Assembly (NCBI GenBank): GCA_035269045.1
Contig: DATFJS010000177.1
Coordinates: 1-40,062, forward strand
Direction of reading: 5' to 3'
DNA length: 40,062 bases
Source of the DNA: Longimicrobiales bacterium
Lineage (GTDB): Bacteria > Gemmatimonadota > Gemmatimonadetes > Longimicrobiales > Gaopeijiaceae
This document shows positions 8,681-17,510 of this stretch, in pieces. The position numbers and the translations under genes were made by a program. Position 1 is the first letter of the stretch. Every line of letters starts with the position of its first letter. The notes below the pieces were generated by a model. It saw only the letters and a list, made by a program, of their open reading frames with translations. It was not told the origin of the DNA and ran no database searches.

Positions 8681-9085
8681 CTACCCGTCCGCGGGTCGTC
8701 CGATCGCGTGGGCGTCGTCCCGTTGCGTCACCACCCACGCCCACCAGATCAGCACGGCCTGGAAGGGCAGGCGCGCCCACCGCGCCCAGATCGGCACCTC
8801 GGGCCAGATCGACGGGTCCACGGCCATCCAGAGGTTCGCCGGGAACACCGCCAGCAATACCGCGATCGCGAACCAGCCGGCCTCCCGGCGAATCCCCGGG
8901 GTCAGGACACCGATTCCGGCAGCCATCTCGGCCACTCCGCTCCAGAACACCAGGGGCCCATGCCAGGGCAGCCAGGGCGGCATGAGCCTCAGGTAGAATT
9001 CCGGATTCGCGAAGTGATTCACGCCGGCCGCGACCATGAACGCGGCGAAGGCGTAGCGGGCGAGTCGTCGGTGTGACGCGCTCAC
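8681..9085 (-). CDS. DoxX-like membrane protein
   Basis: AGVNHFANPEFYLRLMPPWLP, SGVAE, AVFPANLWMA and RLPFQ motifs. GTG start overlaps the upstream stop (GTGA). Confidence 0.85.
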   Translation of the reverse strand: MSASHRRLARYAFAAFMVAAGVNHFANPEFYLRLMPPWLPWHGPLVFWSGVAEMAAGIGVLTPGIRREAGWFAIAVLLAVFPANLWMAVDPSIWPEVPIWARWARLPFQAVLIWWAWVVTQRDDAHAIGRPADG

Positions 9086-10053
9086 AGAACCGCGTGCTCC
9101 CCGCGCTGATCCCCCACCTCGCCCTCGAGCCTCCGGCGATAGTATCCCTCGAGCGTCCGCGTGCCGTACTCCGGCGTGGCGTCCGCGTCGTATCGACCCC
9201 GCTCGGCGTCCCATACGAGCATCGACTCGGTGGCGTAGTAGCGTCCGATCCGGGCCAGCTCCGCCTTGTCCCTCAGCGGGGGGATCACACGGCCGAGGAA
9301 TTCGAGCACGGCGACGATGGCGTGCATGGCGGCCAGGGGGATACGGCGGAACCGGGGCTCGCGTCCCGCGACCTCGAACAGAAGCTCCCCCTGGTCCCGG
9401 GGTGTGAGCTCCGGCCCGGGTCCCCCGATCGGCAGAATCCGATTCCTGAACTCCGGGTTCTCCAGGCACTCCACCATGTACTCGGCGAGATCCTCATCGG
9501 CGATCGGCTTGCACGCCGTCCCGGTTCCGTCTCCGAACAGCAGATAGGGCTTCCCCGATTTCACCCGCTCGATCTGGCCCGAGATCGACTTGAAGAAGGC
9601 GGTCGGCCGCACGATCGACCAGTCGACCCCCGACTCGCGCAGCGCCCCCTCGAAGGCCAGCTTGGCGCGCTGGAAGGCGAGTGCGGGCTTCTGGACGCAG
9701 ATCGCCGAGAGGAGCACGAAATGGTCGACATCGGCCTCGATCGCGACGTCCAGAAGGTGCCGGTGCGCGTCGTGCTCCACGGCCCAGGCGTCGTCCGGCA
9801 CGCCCGACCGGGAGGCCATGCAGGAGACCACTGCGTCGAAACGTTCGCCTCGGAAGCCTTCCCGTCGAACCGAGGCCGGGTCGAGTACATCACCGATCCG
9901 GATGTGGCACGCCTCCGGCAGTCCCGACCGCGACGACGCCGGTCGCATGAAACAGACCACCTCGTGTCCGCGTCGGACGAGCGCGTCGACCACGGCGCGG
10001 CCGATCGTGCCGGTCGCACCGACCACGAAGACATGGAGAGAGGGCGTCGACAT
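9082..10053 (-). CDS. bciA: NAD(P)H-dependent divinyl (bacterio)chlorophyllide 8-vinyl reductase, BciA/DVR-like
   Basis: GATGTIG Rossmann motif plus family-specific SCMASRSG, HFVLLSAICVQKP-x3-FQRAKLAFE, SIVRPTAFFKS, FGDG-x3-ACKPI, PIGGPG and ARIGRYYATESML motifs. Confidence 0.85.
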   Translation of the reverse strand: MSTPSLHVFVVGATGTIGRAVVDALVRRGHEVVCFMRPASSRSGLPEACHIRIGDVLDPASVRREGFRGERFDAVVSCMASRSGVPDDAWAVEHDAHRHLLDVAIEADVDHFVLLSAICVQKPALAFQRAKLAFEGALRESGVDWSIVRPTAFFKSISGQIERVKSGKPYLLFGDGTGTACKPIADEDLAEYMVECLENPEFRNRILPIGGPGPELTPRDQGELLFEVAGREPRFRRIPLAAMHAIVAVLEFLGRVIPPLRDKAELARIGRYYATESMLVWDAERGRYDADATPEYGTRTLEGYYRRRLEGEVGDQRGEHAVL

Positions 10054-10063
10054 TGCGATCCGA

Positions 10064-10224
10064 CTAGGGCCTGTTCACGCTACGGGGATGTGCTCTGCCG
10101 GAGTCCATGTTTTCGTCTCGAAAGGCCGAGCGAGCGACGTGTAGCGTCGCTACATGAGTGAACGAGAACGCCGCGAGGCGGAAACATGGCCCGGTCCGAA
10201 GGATTGCGGCTGAACAGACCCTAG
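10064..10224. mobile_element. MITE-like element, long copy (161 bp), CTAG-flanked
   Basis: Ends CTAGGGCCTGTTCA...TGAACAGACCCTAG (13/14 inverted match), with internal inverted repeats. A related copy lies at 27478. Confidence 0.8.
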
Positions 10225-10628
10225 TGGTCGTCCCCCTGGTAGATCCACATCGGCACCATGTCGCTGGACCGTGTGAACCCCAGCCGCTGGTAGAACGCCA
10301 CGGCCCCGAAGTCGGAGATCAGGCACCGCTGATGGAAGTCCTCGTACCGCTCCATCATCGCGTGCATGAGCTGCTTTCCGACCCCCTCGCCGTGGTGATC
10401 GGGATGCACCAGCACGTGGGGGAAGTACACCACCAGATGACCATCCGAGATCGCGTTGGCGAGCCCGACCAGTTTCCCGTCGCGACGGGCCGTGACGAGG
10501 GTCTCCGAACTCCGCAGCGCGGCCAGGAGGCGGTCCGGCTTGTCGGCCGAAGACCATTCGTTGGCACGGTAGATGGCCAGGACCTCGTCGAGGGATATCT
10601 CGTCGCCGAGGCGGATTTCCATGGGCAT
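10221..10628 (-). CDS. GNAT family N-acetyltransferase
   Basis: LVGLANAISDG, VLVHPDHHGEGVGKQLM (acetyl-CoA motif A) and AFYQRLGF. Confidence 0.9.
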   Translation of the reverse strand: MPMEIRLGDEISLDEVLAIYRANEWSSADKPDRLLAALRSSETLVTARRDGKLVGLANAISDGHLVVYFPHVLVHPDHHGEGVGKQLMHAMMERYEDFHQRCLISDFGAVAFYQRLGFTRSSDMVPMWIYQGDDH

Positions 10629-10654
10629 GTATGCGGGGGGCTTCCGGAAGGGAA

Positions 10655-10909
10655 TCAGGCCTGGTGATCGGTGTCGGAGCCTTCGTGCGACGGCTCGTCA
10701 CGAACCGGGGTGTCCCGCTCGCGCCTGCGACGAATCCCGACGAGGGCCCTCACCAGAAACAGCATGGCGGGAAGCAGAAGAACGAGCGCGAACTCCGAGC
10801 CCGTCTCGAGCAGGAGGGCGAACGCGGCGACGAAGGCGAGCACCGCGACAACCGTGTGTCCCAGGATGACGCGGCGCCGAGGCACATTCGAATGCGTGGA
10901 GTCGTTCAT
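10655..10909 (-). CDS. Small two-TM hypothetical membrane protein
   Basis: ATG at 10909; two hydrophobic segments followed by RRRR. Confidence 0.55.
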   Translation of the reverse strand: MNDSTHSNVPRRRVILGHTVVAVLAFVAAFALLLETGSEFALVLLLPAMLFLVRALVGIRRRRERDTPVRDEPSHEGSDTDHQA

Positions 10910-11163
10910 CGTCGAGGAAGGAGGAGCCGAACTGCCTGAAAGGTAGGTGCAACCGGACGGTGGAGCGAACGGGGTCACGAAGGCCCTGCCCCGGTGCAAC
11001 CGAGCACCGCGTTAGGTTTAACGGATTCGGCGTACGACCCGTCAACGTTCCGGCTGGTCGGGGCGTCCTCGGGGATGCCCGGGAACCGCTCGAGGCGGCA
11101 CCACGTCGCAGCACTACTTTTGCGGGGAGGATCGACCCTCCCCCGACACGACAGGACAGTGAG

Positions 11164-12753
11164 ATGATGAAGGCGATTTCGTCGATTCCCGCACTCGCGG
11201 CGCTGGTCGCGCTCGCACTGACGTCGGTCCCGGCGTCCGCACAGGCGGAGCTGCCCGAGATCGAGCCGTACGAGGTGGGGTCCGCACTGCCCCCGATCGC
11301 CGACGACGACGTGGTCGTGCGGATGTCGTTGCAGGACGCGATCGATCGTGCGCTCGAGGCGAACCTCAACATCCAGAGCGTCCGGCTCAATCCCACGCTT
11401 CAGGCCTTCGCGTACCGCCAGGCGCAGGTGGCGTTCAATCCGACGTTCTCCACCAACTTCGGCTACACGAATTCGTCCAACCTCTCGACCAGCCAGCTCG
11501 ACGGAGCGAACACGATCACCAACGAGCGAATCACGCTCAATTCGTCGCTGGCCCAGCCGCTTCCGTGGTACGGCGGTCGCCTGTCGGCGAACTTCAACAA
11601 CGCCCGGTCGGAGACGAACAACATCTTCGCCACTCGGAACCCGAGCTTCAGTTCGTCCGTCAGCCTGCAGTTCACGCAGCCCCTGCTCGCGGGCTTCAGT
11701 CTCGACAACCAGCGGGCCCAGCTCCAGACCCAGACCATCCAGCTCGACATCACCGATCTCGAGGTGGAGGCACAGGTCGCATCGATCACGAACCAGGTCC
11801 GGCAGCGGTACTGGGGCCTCCGTGCGGCGATCGAGCAGATCGAGATCCAGCGCCGCTCGCTCGAGCAGGCGCAGGAGACGCTGGCCCAGAATCAGGTCCG
11901 CCTTCAGGCGGGTCAGGGGACGGAGTTCCAGGTGATCCAGGCCGAGGCGCAGGTGGCCAGCGCGGAGCAGTCCCTTCTGAACGCCGAGATCCAGTGGACC
12001 AACGCCGAGCTCGCCTTCAAGCAGCTCCTGCTCGACGGGGCGAGCGACGAGCTGCTCGCCCGCCGGATCCTTCCGACCGAACTCCCGACGGTCGTCGACC
12101 AGGACGTCGACATCGACGGCGCCATCGACCGGGCGCTGGCCACACGCCTCGACCTCCAGCAGGCTCGCCGGCAGATCGACATCGCGGAGGTCAACCTCGA
12201 GGTCACGGAGTCGAACGCGCTCCCGGATCTCAACCTCACCGCGTCGTACTCGCTCCAGGGTGTCGGCGGAGACCGCTTCAACCGCGGGGAGCTGGGTGGC
12301 GACCCGGTCCTGGTCGAGTCGGGCGGCTACCTCGACGGGCTGCAGGCGATCGCGGATCGAGAGGCCCCGACGTGGAATCTCTCGCTCAGCGGCTCCTACC
12401 CGATCGGAACCAACCCGAACCGGCTCGGCCTCGAGCGCGCCGAGTTGCAGTTGCGTCAGCAGAACCTGTCGGTCCGGACGCAGGAGCTGAACATCGTGAC
12501 CCAGGTCACGTCCGCCGGCCTCTCGGTCCGCAACACCTTCCTCCAGTACCAGGCGGCCCAGCGCAGCGCGGAGGCATCGCAGCAGAATCTCCAGGCGGAG
12601 CTCGCCCGCTTCCAGGTCGGCGTCACCACCAACTTCGAAGTAGTGCAGGCGCAGAACCAGCTCACGACGGCCCGGCTTCAGGAGCTGCAGGCCCTGATCA
12701 ACCATGTGAACGCGATCGCCACCTTCGAGCAGGTCCAGGTGGTCGGCAACTGA
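11164..12753 (+). CDS. TolC family outer membrane efflux protein
   Basis: Signal peptide; SLQDAIDRALEANLNI, FTQPLL, ALPDLNLTASY and RFQVGVTTNFEVVQAQ; two OEP repeats. Confidence 0.9.
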   Translation: MMKAISSIPALAALVALALTSVPASAQAELPEIEPYEVGSALPPIADDDVVVRMSLQDAIDRALEANLNIQSVRLNPTLQAFAYRQAQVAFNPTFSTNFGYTNSSNLSTSQLDGANTITNERITLNSSLAQPLPWYGGRLSANFNNARSETNNIFATRNPSFSSSVSLQFTQPLLAGFSLDNQRAQLQTQTIQLDITDLEVEAQVASITNQVRQRYWGLRAAIEQIEIQRRSLEQAQETLAQNQVRLQAGQGTEFQVIQAEAQVASAEQSLLNAEIQWTNAELAFKQLLLDGASDELLARRILPTELPTVVDQDVDIDGAIDRALATRLDLQQARRQIDIAEVNLEVTESNALPDLNLTASYSLQGVGGDRFNRGELGGDPVLVESGGYLDGLQAIADREAPTWNLSLSGSYPIGTNPNRLGLERAELQLRQQNLSVRTQELNIVTQVTSAGLSVRNTFLQYQAAQRSAEASQQNLQAELARFQVGVTTNFEVVQAQNQLTTARLQELQALINHVNAIATFEQVQVVGN

Positions 12754-12865
12754 GTTCGGTCGACACCTTTCGCGACCCTTCGGGGTTGATCGAAACACGT
12801 TCGTCACATCGCCCGGGACTCGAGCCCGGATCGTTCATCTCGTCCGGAATCCAGGGAGCCCCGGC

Positions 12866-13480
12866 ATGCGCCGCATCCCACTGATCGCTCTGCTCGCAGC
12901 CCTCTCCATCAGCTTCGCGCCCACCTCCGTAGACGCGCAGTTCCTCTTCCGGGGCGTCGAGTTCTGGGGTGGGCAGTACGCCTGGTCCGGAGACGACGTC
13001 GAGACCCTCGAGGCCGGATTCCGCGGGGGCTTCGGTCTCTACGCGGAGCTGACGCCGGGATTCGGCGTCGGTCTGGAAGGCGTCACCGGCGGATTCGACT
13101 CGCCCGGTGTGGGCCGGGCCAACCGTACCCGGTGGGACGATGCGGAGGCCAACCTCGTCGTTCGACAGGCTCTGGGGGATCGCGCCGGCGTTCACCCCTT
13201 CGTGGGGGGCCGGTTCGGATGGACACGCATCAGCACCACCGCACCGTCCTCCACCGAGGGCGAGGTCATCGTCGTCCAGGAAGACGGGCTCTCCTACGGC
13301 GCGGAGATCGGCGTCGAGATCCCTCTGAACCGCCGGGCGCGCGTCGTCGCGGCAGCCGGTGCGACATTCCGGGACTACGGGGACGCCGAGCTGAACGGTG
13401 TCGGGCTGGAGAACACCGCGTTCTCCGGGACCCGCTGGGGACTCCGGGTGGGGATCGCGATCGGACGCGCGGTCGACTGA
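12866..13480 (+). CDS. Outer membrane beta-barrel protein (OmpA/OmpW-like)
   Basis: Signal peptide, alternating beta strands, HPFVGGRFGW and terminal WGLRVGIAI. Confidence 0.75.
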   Translation: MRRIPLIALLAALSISFAPTSVDAQFLFRGVEFWGGQYAWSGDDVETLEAGFRGGFGLYAELTPGFGVGLEGVTGGFDSPGVGRANRTRWDDAEANLVVRQALGDRAGVHPFVGGRFGWTRISTTAPSSTEGEVIVVQEDGLSYGAEIGVEIPLNRRARVVAAAGATFRDYGDAELNGVGLENTAFSGTRWGLRVGIAIGRAVD

Positions 13481-13532
13481 TCCGCGGCGCCCCGGATCGG
13501 CTCGACACCGCGGGTCGGCCGGATTCGGCGGG

Positions 13533-14447
13533 TCAGCTCGACCCGTTCGAGACCAGCAGGTCTCTCTGGGCGGCCTGCGCGATGACCGCGACGGCCGGGT
13601 TCCGGATGCGGCGCTCCACCGAGATCGCCCAGAATCGCTCGACCACGGTCGGAAGCACCCCCAGCGGTACCGTCTCGTACATCCGCGACACCTCGGCCTC
13701 CACCACGGTGGGGATCGCGAACAGGCCGACCCCCTCCCTTCCGAACGTCTTCAGGATCGCGCTGTCCTCCACCTCCGCCACCACGCGGGGCTCGATCCCG
13801 GTGTCCGCCATCCATCTGCGGAGGGTGCGCCTGAGCGTCGTGTCCGGTCCCGGCATGAGGAACGGCGCACCGTCCAGGCTCCCCGGAAAGCCACCCTTGT
13901 AGCGCTCGGCGAGGTCCGCCGTCCCCGCGATCGTGATCGTGCTTTCACCCAGTTCGTGGCTGTACGCCCGGACGTCCACGGTGGCGGGAAGCTGGGCGTC
14001 GTAGATCACGAGATCCAGATCGTGGGTCGCAAGCTGCTGAAACAGGCGATCCGGGGGGGCGGTGTCGATTCGCAGCGTCAGGTGTTCGAAGGCGGCGAGC
14101 GCGGGGGCGATGATGTGGTGGGCGAGGATCTTCGGGAATGCCTCGACGATCCCCACCGAAAGCCTGAGCGGGCCGTCCGTGTCCGCACCTGCGACGGCCT
14201 CCTTCAGACGATCTCCGAGCTCGAAGATCTCACCGGCGTACTCGAAGACCATCCGTCCGACCTCGGTGAGAACCAGACCCCGGCCCGAGCGGTGGAACAG
14301 TTCCTCGCCGAGCGCCTTCTCGAGCTTCTTGACCTGCGAGCTCAGGGCCGGCTGACTCACGTGCAGCACCTTGCTGGCGGCCGTCATGCCGCCCTCGCGC
14401 GCGACGTGCCAGAAGTACCAGAGGTGGCGGTAGTTGAGTCGCTTCAT
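13533..14447 (-). CDS. nhaR: LysR family regulator, NhaR type
   Basis: LNYRHLWYFWHVAREG, YAGEIFELG, YSHELGES, FPGSLDGAPFLMP, EVEDSAILKTFG and ERRIRNPAV motifs. Confidence 0.85.
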   Translation of the reverse strand: MKRLNYRHLWYFWHVAREGGMTAASKVLHVSQPALSSQVKKLEKALGEELFHRSGRGLVLTEVGRMVFEYAGEIFELGDRLKEAVAGADTDGPLRLSVGIVEAFPKILAHHIIAPALAAFEHLTLRIDTAPPDRLFQQLATHDLDLVIYDAQLPATVDVRAYSHELGESTITIAGTADLAERYKGGFPGSLDGAPFLMPGPDTTLRRTLRRWMADTGIEPRVVAEVEDSAILKTFGREGVGLFAIPTVVEAEVSRMYETVPLGVLPTVVERFWAISVERRIRNPAVAVIAQAAQRDLLVSNGSS

Positions 14448-16441
14448 GCGAGGTCCTCGCTCGGTTCTGGTTTCCGGGGGGGCCAGAACCAGTCGAGGGG
14501 CCGGCGCACGAGTGCGGTGCCGAGGTGCCGGATCACGGTCCGAAGCTCACGCCAGGTGAGCCGCCGGGACTCCAGCGCCATGGCGAGGCTGAGTCCGAAG
14601 CTGACCAGGAAGTTGATCAGTCCGATCAGGACGATCCCGATCGCGACCCAGACGATCATCTCGGTGGCGACCCCGAACTGGAGGCTCTCGAGAGCGGTCC
14701 CGAACTCGGCGGATGCGAAGGCGATGTGTCGGATGTCCAGCGGAAGACCGAGGATTTCGCCCACGGTGCCGAGCGAACCGAGAGCGAAGCCGAGGAAGAC
14801 GTTGCCCGTGATGATTCCGAGGTTGCGATCGAGGAAGTCGCCGACCCGCTGCGCACCGCGATCACCCAGAAGCGATCGGAGGAGCGGCTGGCGGGCCACC
14901 CGGCCGGGTACGTCCCGATTGAGATTCCGATTGTCCACCCACCCCGAGACGAGCCCCGCCCCGAACAGGAAGACTCCTGCCGCGGCCGCGTAGAAGACGG
15001 TTCCGCTCTCGAGGGGGTGCAGGGCTCCCAGCAGGGACTGCGCCTTCGCCTCGTCGGCCGGTGCCGAACCGGTCAGACGGAAGAACGCCTCCGACAGGAG
15101 GAAGGCGACGGGCAGCGCCGCCGCGAGGTTCCCCACGAAGCTGACGAACTGACTGCGCCAGACCCGGATGACGAGTTCCTCCAGACGCTCGAGCGTGCGC
15201 TGCTCCGGGTCCCCGAGTTCCCGCGCGATGGTGTTGGCGGTCATGGCCGGCTGCTTCGTGGCCAGGGCGGACCCGGTCAGATAGATGAGGACGAAACAGG
15301 CGGAATAGTTCAGCCCGTAGAGGATCGCCTCGATTCCGAGCGGCAGGCCCCACTGCCCCATGAGGGTCTTGAAGAGGGAAAACACGGCGACGAGGACACC
15401 GCCCCCGAGACTGGCGATGAAGAATCGCGTCCAGTCCTTCCGCCCCGACGTGATGTACTTGCTGCCCTTCCGCGCGGAATGCTCGACGATCTCGAGCGCC
15501 AGCAGGTCGACGTGCTGCCGGATGTGCGGAAGGATCGCGTTGCGGGTCTTCTCGGCTTCGACCAGTACGGCGACGAAGCGTCCGAGCGACTCCTGGAATC
15601 GGTGCTCCTCGACCTCCGACAGGTCGAGCAGGATCTCGATCCTGTCGAGCAGCGCGTCGAGCCGATAGGTGAGACCCGTCAGACGGAGGCTGGTCCCGAG
15701 CCTGCGGTTCCCGTCGCGTACACCCTGCACACTCTCTCGACAGTCCCGAACCGCGCTCAGCGCCTCGCCGAGGAGCTTCACCTCGTCACCGTCCTCGTCT
15801 CCCTCGAAGCTCTCGACGTACCGCAACGCCGTCGCGGACAGCCGGAGAAAGGGAGAGACGGCCTCCTCGATTCCCGGAAGACGCTGGTGGATCTCGGGCT
15901 GCAGTCCGATGCTCGCGATGTGATGGGCGAGCCCCCGGATGGCCGTAGCGTGCTCCGGGTCGATCCCCCGGACCGAGTCCGCACGGATCGAGAGGGCGGA
16001 CATCAGGTCGCGCCACGTGTCCGTGCGTACGTTCGCAACCCATTCGTGATCATCGGGGGCATCGAAGAGATGCCGGATGATCGAGCGGAGATCCGCGGGC
16101 GGGTCCAGCTCGGGCACGAAGCGGTGCCCGATCCGCGACCCGAGTTCGCTCCAGAAACCCTCGCTCGGAGGGACGCCGGACTCGGTGAAGGCGGGGAAGA
16201 GATGAACACCCCCGACGATGTGCCGGAGAGACTCGCCGAATCGCTCGCCGAGCTCGTCTCCGCCTCGGATCGCCTCGATCAGGCCGCGTACCGCTGCGTC
16301 CCCGCCACCCGCACGGTCCGGACGCACCGCGCTCACGAGTTCGCAGAGGGGATCGACGCCCTCGCCCCGTTCGATGCGCGTCACGACATCGTCCACGAGG
16401 TCGATGAGGTTGTGGTCGGGAGCCTTGGACACGGATTCCAT
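14444..16441 (-). CDS. PF10136 (SpecificRecomb/Gcr-like) polytopic membrane protein
   Basis: GTSLRLT, GSKYIT, GLNYS, ALATKQPAMTA, RSQFVSFVGN, SGWVDN, GNVFLGFALG, GLPLDIRHIAF and NFLVSFGLSL motifs; TM-rich C-terminal half. Start uncertain (16441-16597). Confidence 0.8.
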   Translation of the reverse strand: MESVSKAPDHNLIDLVDDVVTRIERGEGVDPLCELVSAVRPDRAGGGDAAVRGLIEAIRGGDELGERFGESLRHIVGGVHLFPAFTESGVPPSEGFWSELGSRIGHRFVPELDPPADLRSIIRHLFDAPDDHEWVANVRTDTWRDLMSALSIRADSVRGIDPEHATAIRGLAHHIASIGLQPEIHQRLPGIEEAVSPFLRLSATALRYVESFEGDEDGDEVKLLGEALSAVRDCRESVQGVRDGNRRLGTSLRLTGLTYRLDALLDRIEILLDLSEVEEHRFQESLGRFVAVLVEAEKTRNAILPHIRQHVDLLALEIVEHSARKGSKYITSGRKDWTRFFIASLGGGVLVAVFSLFKTLMGQWGLPLGIEAILYGLNYSACFVLIYLTGSALATKQPAMTANTIARELGDPEQRTLERLEELVIRVWRSQFVSFVGNLAAALPVAFLLSEAFFRLTGSAPADEAKAQSLLGALHPLESGTVFYAAAAGVFLFGAGLVSGWVDNRNLNRDVPGRVARQPLLRSLLGDRGAQRVGDFLDRNLGIITGNVFLGFALGSLGTVGEILGLPLDIRHIAFASAEFGTALESLQFGVATEMIVWVAIGIVLIGLINFLVSFGLSLAMALESRRLTWRELRTVIRHLGTALVRRPLDWFWPPRKPEPSEDLA

Positions 16442-16624
16442 TCGAGGTGCAGGAACGACCTGAGTTTCCCAGGTGGATCGCGCGATGAATCGCGGCGGCC
16501 TCCGTGCTACCCGCCTGCCGCCGTCGGTTTCCTGCTGCATGAACTTCGAGCGATCCGGCGCGCTCCACTCATAAGTGGACTCGATGATGCGAGCCACCGC
16601 CCGATGACGTTCGCTCCCATGCGA

Positions 16625-16658
16625 ACGGCCCCGACGACCCGAAGGTCACCGGAGCCGT
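16625..16658 (-). terminator. Stable hairpin with a cUUCGg loop after the lipoprotein gene
   Basis: Minus strand acggctccggtgacc-ttcg-ggtcgtcggggccgt; no clear U-tract. Confidence 0.5.
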
Positions 16659-16695
16659 ACGCCCACCCCATCCGGGCTGATCCACCTCGATTCGT

Positions 16696-17316
16696 CTAGT
16701 CGATCACGACGAACGGCGTGTCCCCGCAGGCCACGTGCTCGAGGGCAGCGTTCACCATCACCTCGGGCTCACCCACCTCACCGAGCGCGTCCTGGCTCCA
16801 GTACCGGAAGACGCCCTCGAGACCGTTCTCGGTCGGACGCGCCTCGAACCCGATCCAGAACAGGTAGCTGCCGGCGAATCCGATCCGGTAGGAGCCGTCG
16901 TCCATCTGCCACCAGTGGGCGTGATCGAATGCCCAGGGCTCGTTCTGCAGCGGCTGCTCACCGATCCATCGGGCCTCGCGCGCGTTGTCCCAGGCGAGCT
17001 CCTCGTTGCCCGTGTTCACGCCCGCGTCCATCGCGCCGTGGTCGGTCTCGAGGCCGAGATACACGACCGTCGGCATCGAGAAGCCCTCCAGCTCCGGGAA
17101 GCGGTCCACCAGGGTCGGTGACCACATGTCCGCCTGCACACTGTAGCACCAGCCGGCATACGCTTCACCGGTCGGCGGATTCCAGTCGGGCGCCTGGTTC
17201 GGCGTGGCCACCGCTCGAGGGGTCGCACACCCGGTCGCCACGGCGGCGGCCATGATCACCACAGCCGCCGCCGTACGACCGTTCGTCTTCATCCACATCC
17301 ACTGCGAGTCCATCAT
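16696..17316 (-). CDS. Hypothetical Trp-rich lipoprotein
   Basis: GGAGG lies 6 nt upstream of the ATG at 17316; hydrophobic stretch ending ATGC. Confidence 0.7.
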   Translation of the reverse strand: MMDSQWMWMKTNGRTAAAVVIMAAAVATGCATPRAVATPNQAPDWNPPTGEAYAGWCYSVQADMWSPTLVDRFPELEGFSMPTVVYLGLETDHGAMDAGVNTGNEELAWDNAREARWIGEQPLQNEPWAFDHAHWWQMDDGSYRIGFAGSYLFWIGFEARPTENGLEGVFRYWSQDALGEVGEPEVMVNAALEHVACGDTPFVVID

Positions 17317-17459
17317 CGTCATCCTCCACACATCCACACGGGACACCGCACGCAGCCACCGAGCCCTCTCGATCGGCCAACTCCACTGGTTCGGCGGGCG
17401 CGTGCGGCTCGACGAATCGCGAGATCCGCGGCCCGGCTGACCCGCCGTTCATCATCTCC

Positions 17460-17486
17460 GACGAGAAGAGGCGAGAAAAAGTTGCA
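17460..17486 (-). promoter_or_regulatory. Candidate ECF-sigma promoter
   Basis: Minus strand TGCAAC-N17-CGTC, with a T-tract directly after the -35 element. Confidence 0.45.
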
Positions 17487-17510
17487 CGGGTGTCGGAGCC
17501 GGCGTTCCCG

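Noticed and set aside
14444-16441. Treating the 'site-specific recombinase' family gene as evidence of a mobile element
   Set aside because: It is a polytopic membrane protein without visible recombinase catalytic motifs, and there are no att sites or cargo boundaries.
10975-16699. Long ORFs opposite tolC, nhaR and the PF10136 gene
   Set aside because: Antisense shadow frames with no independent motifs.
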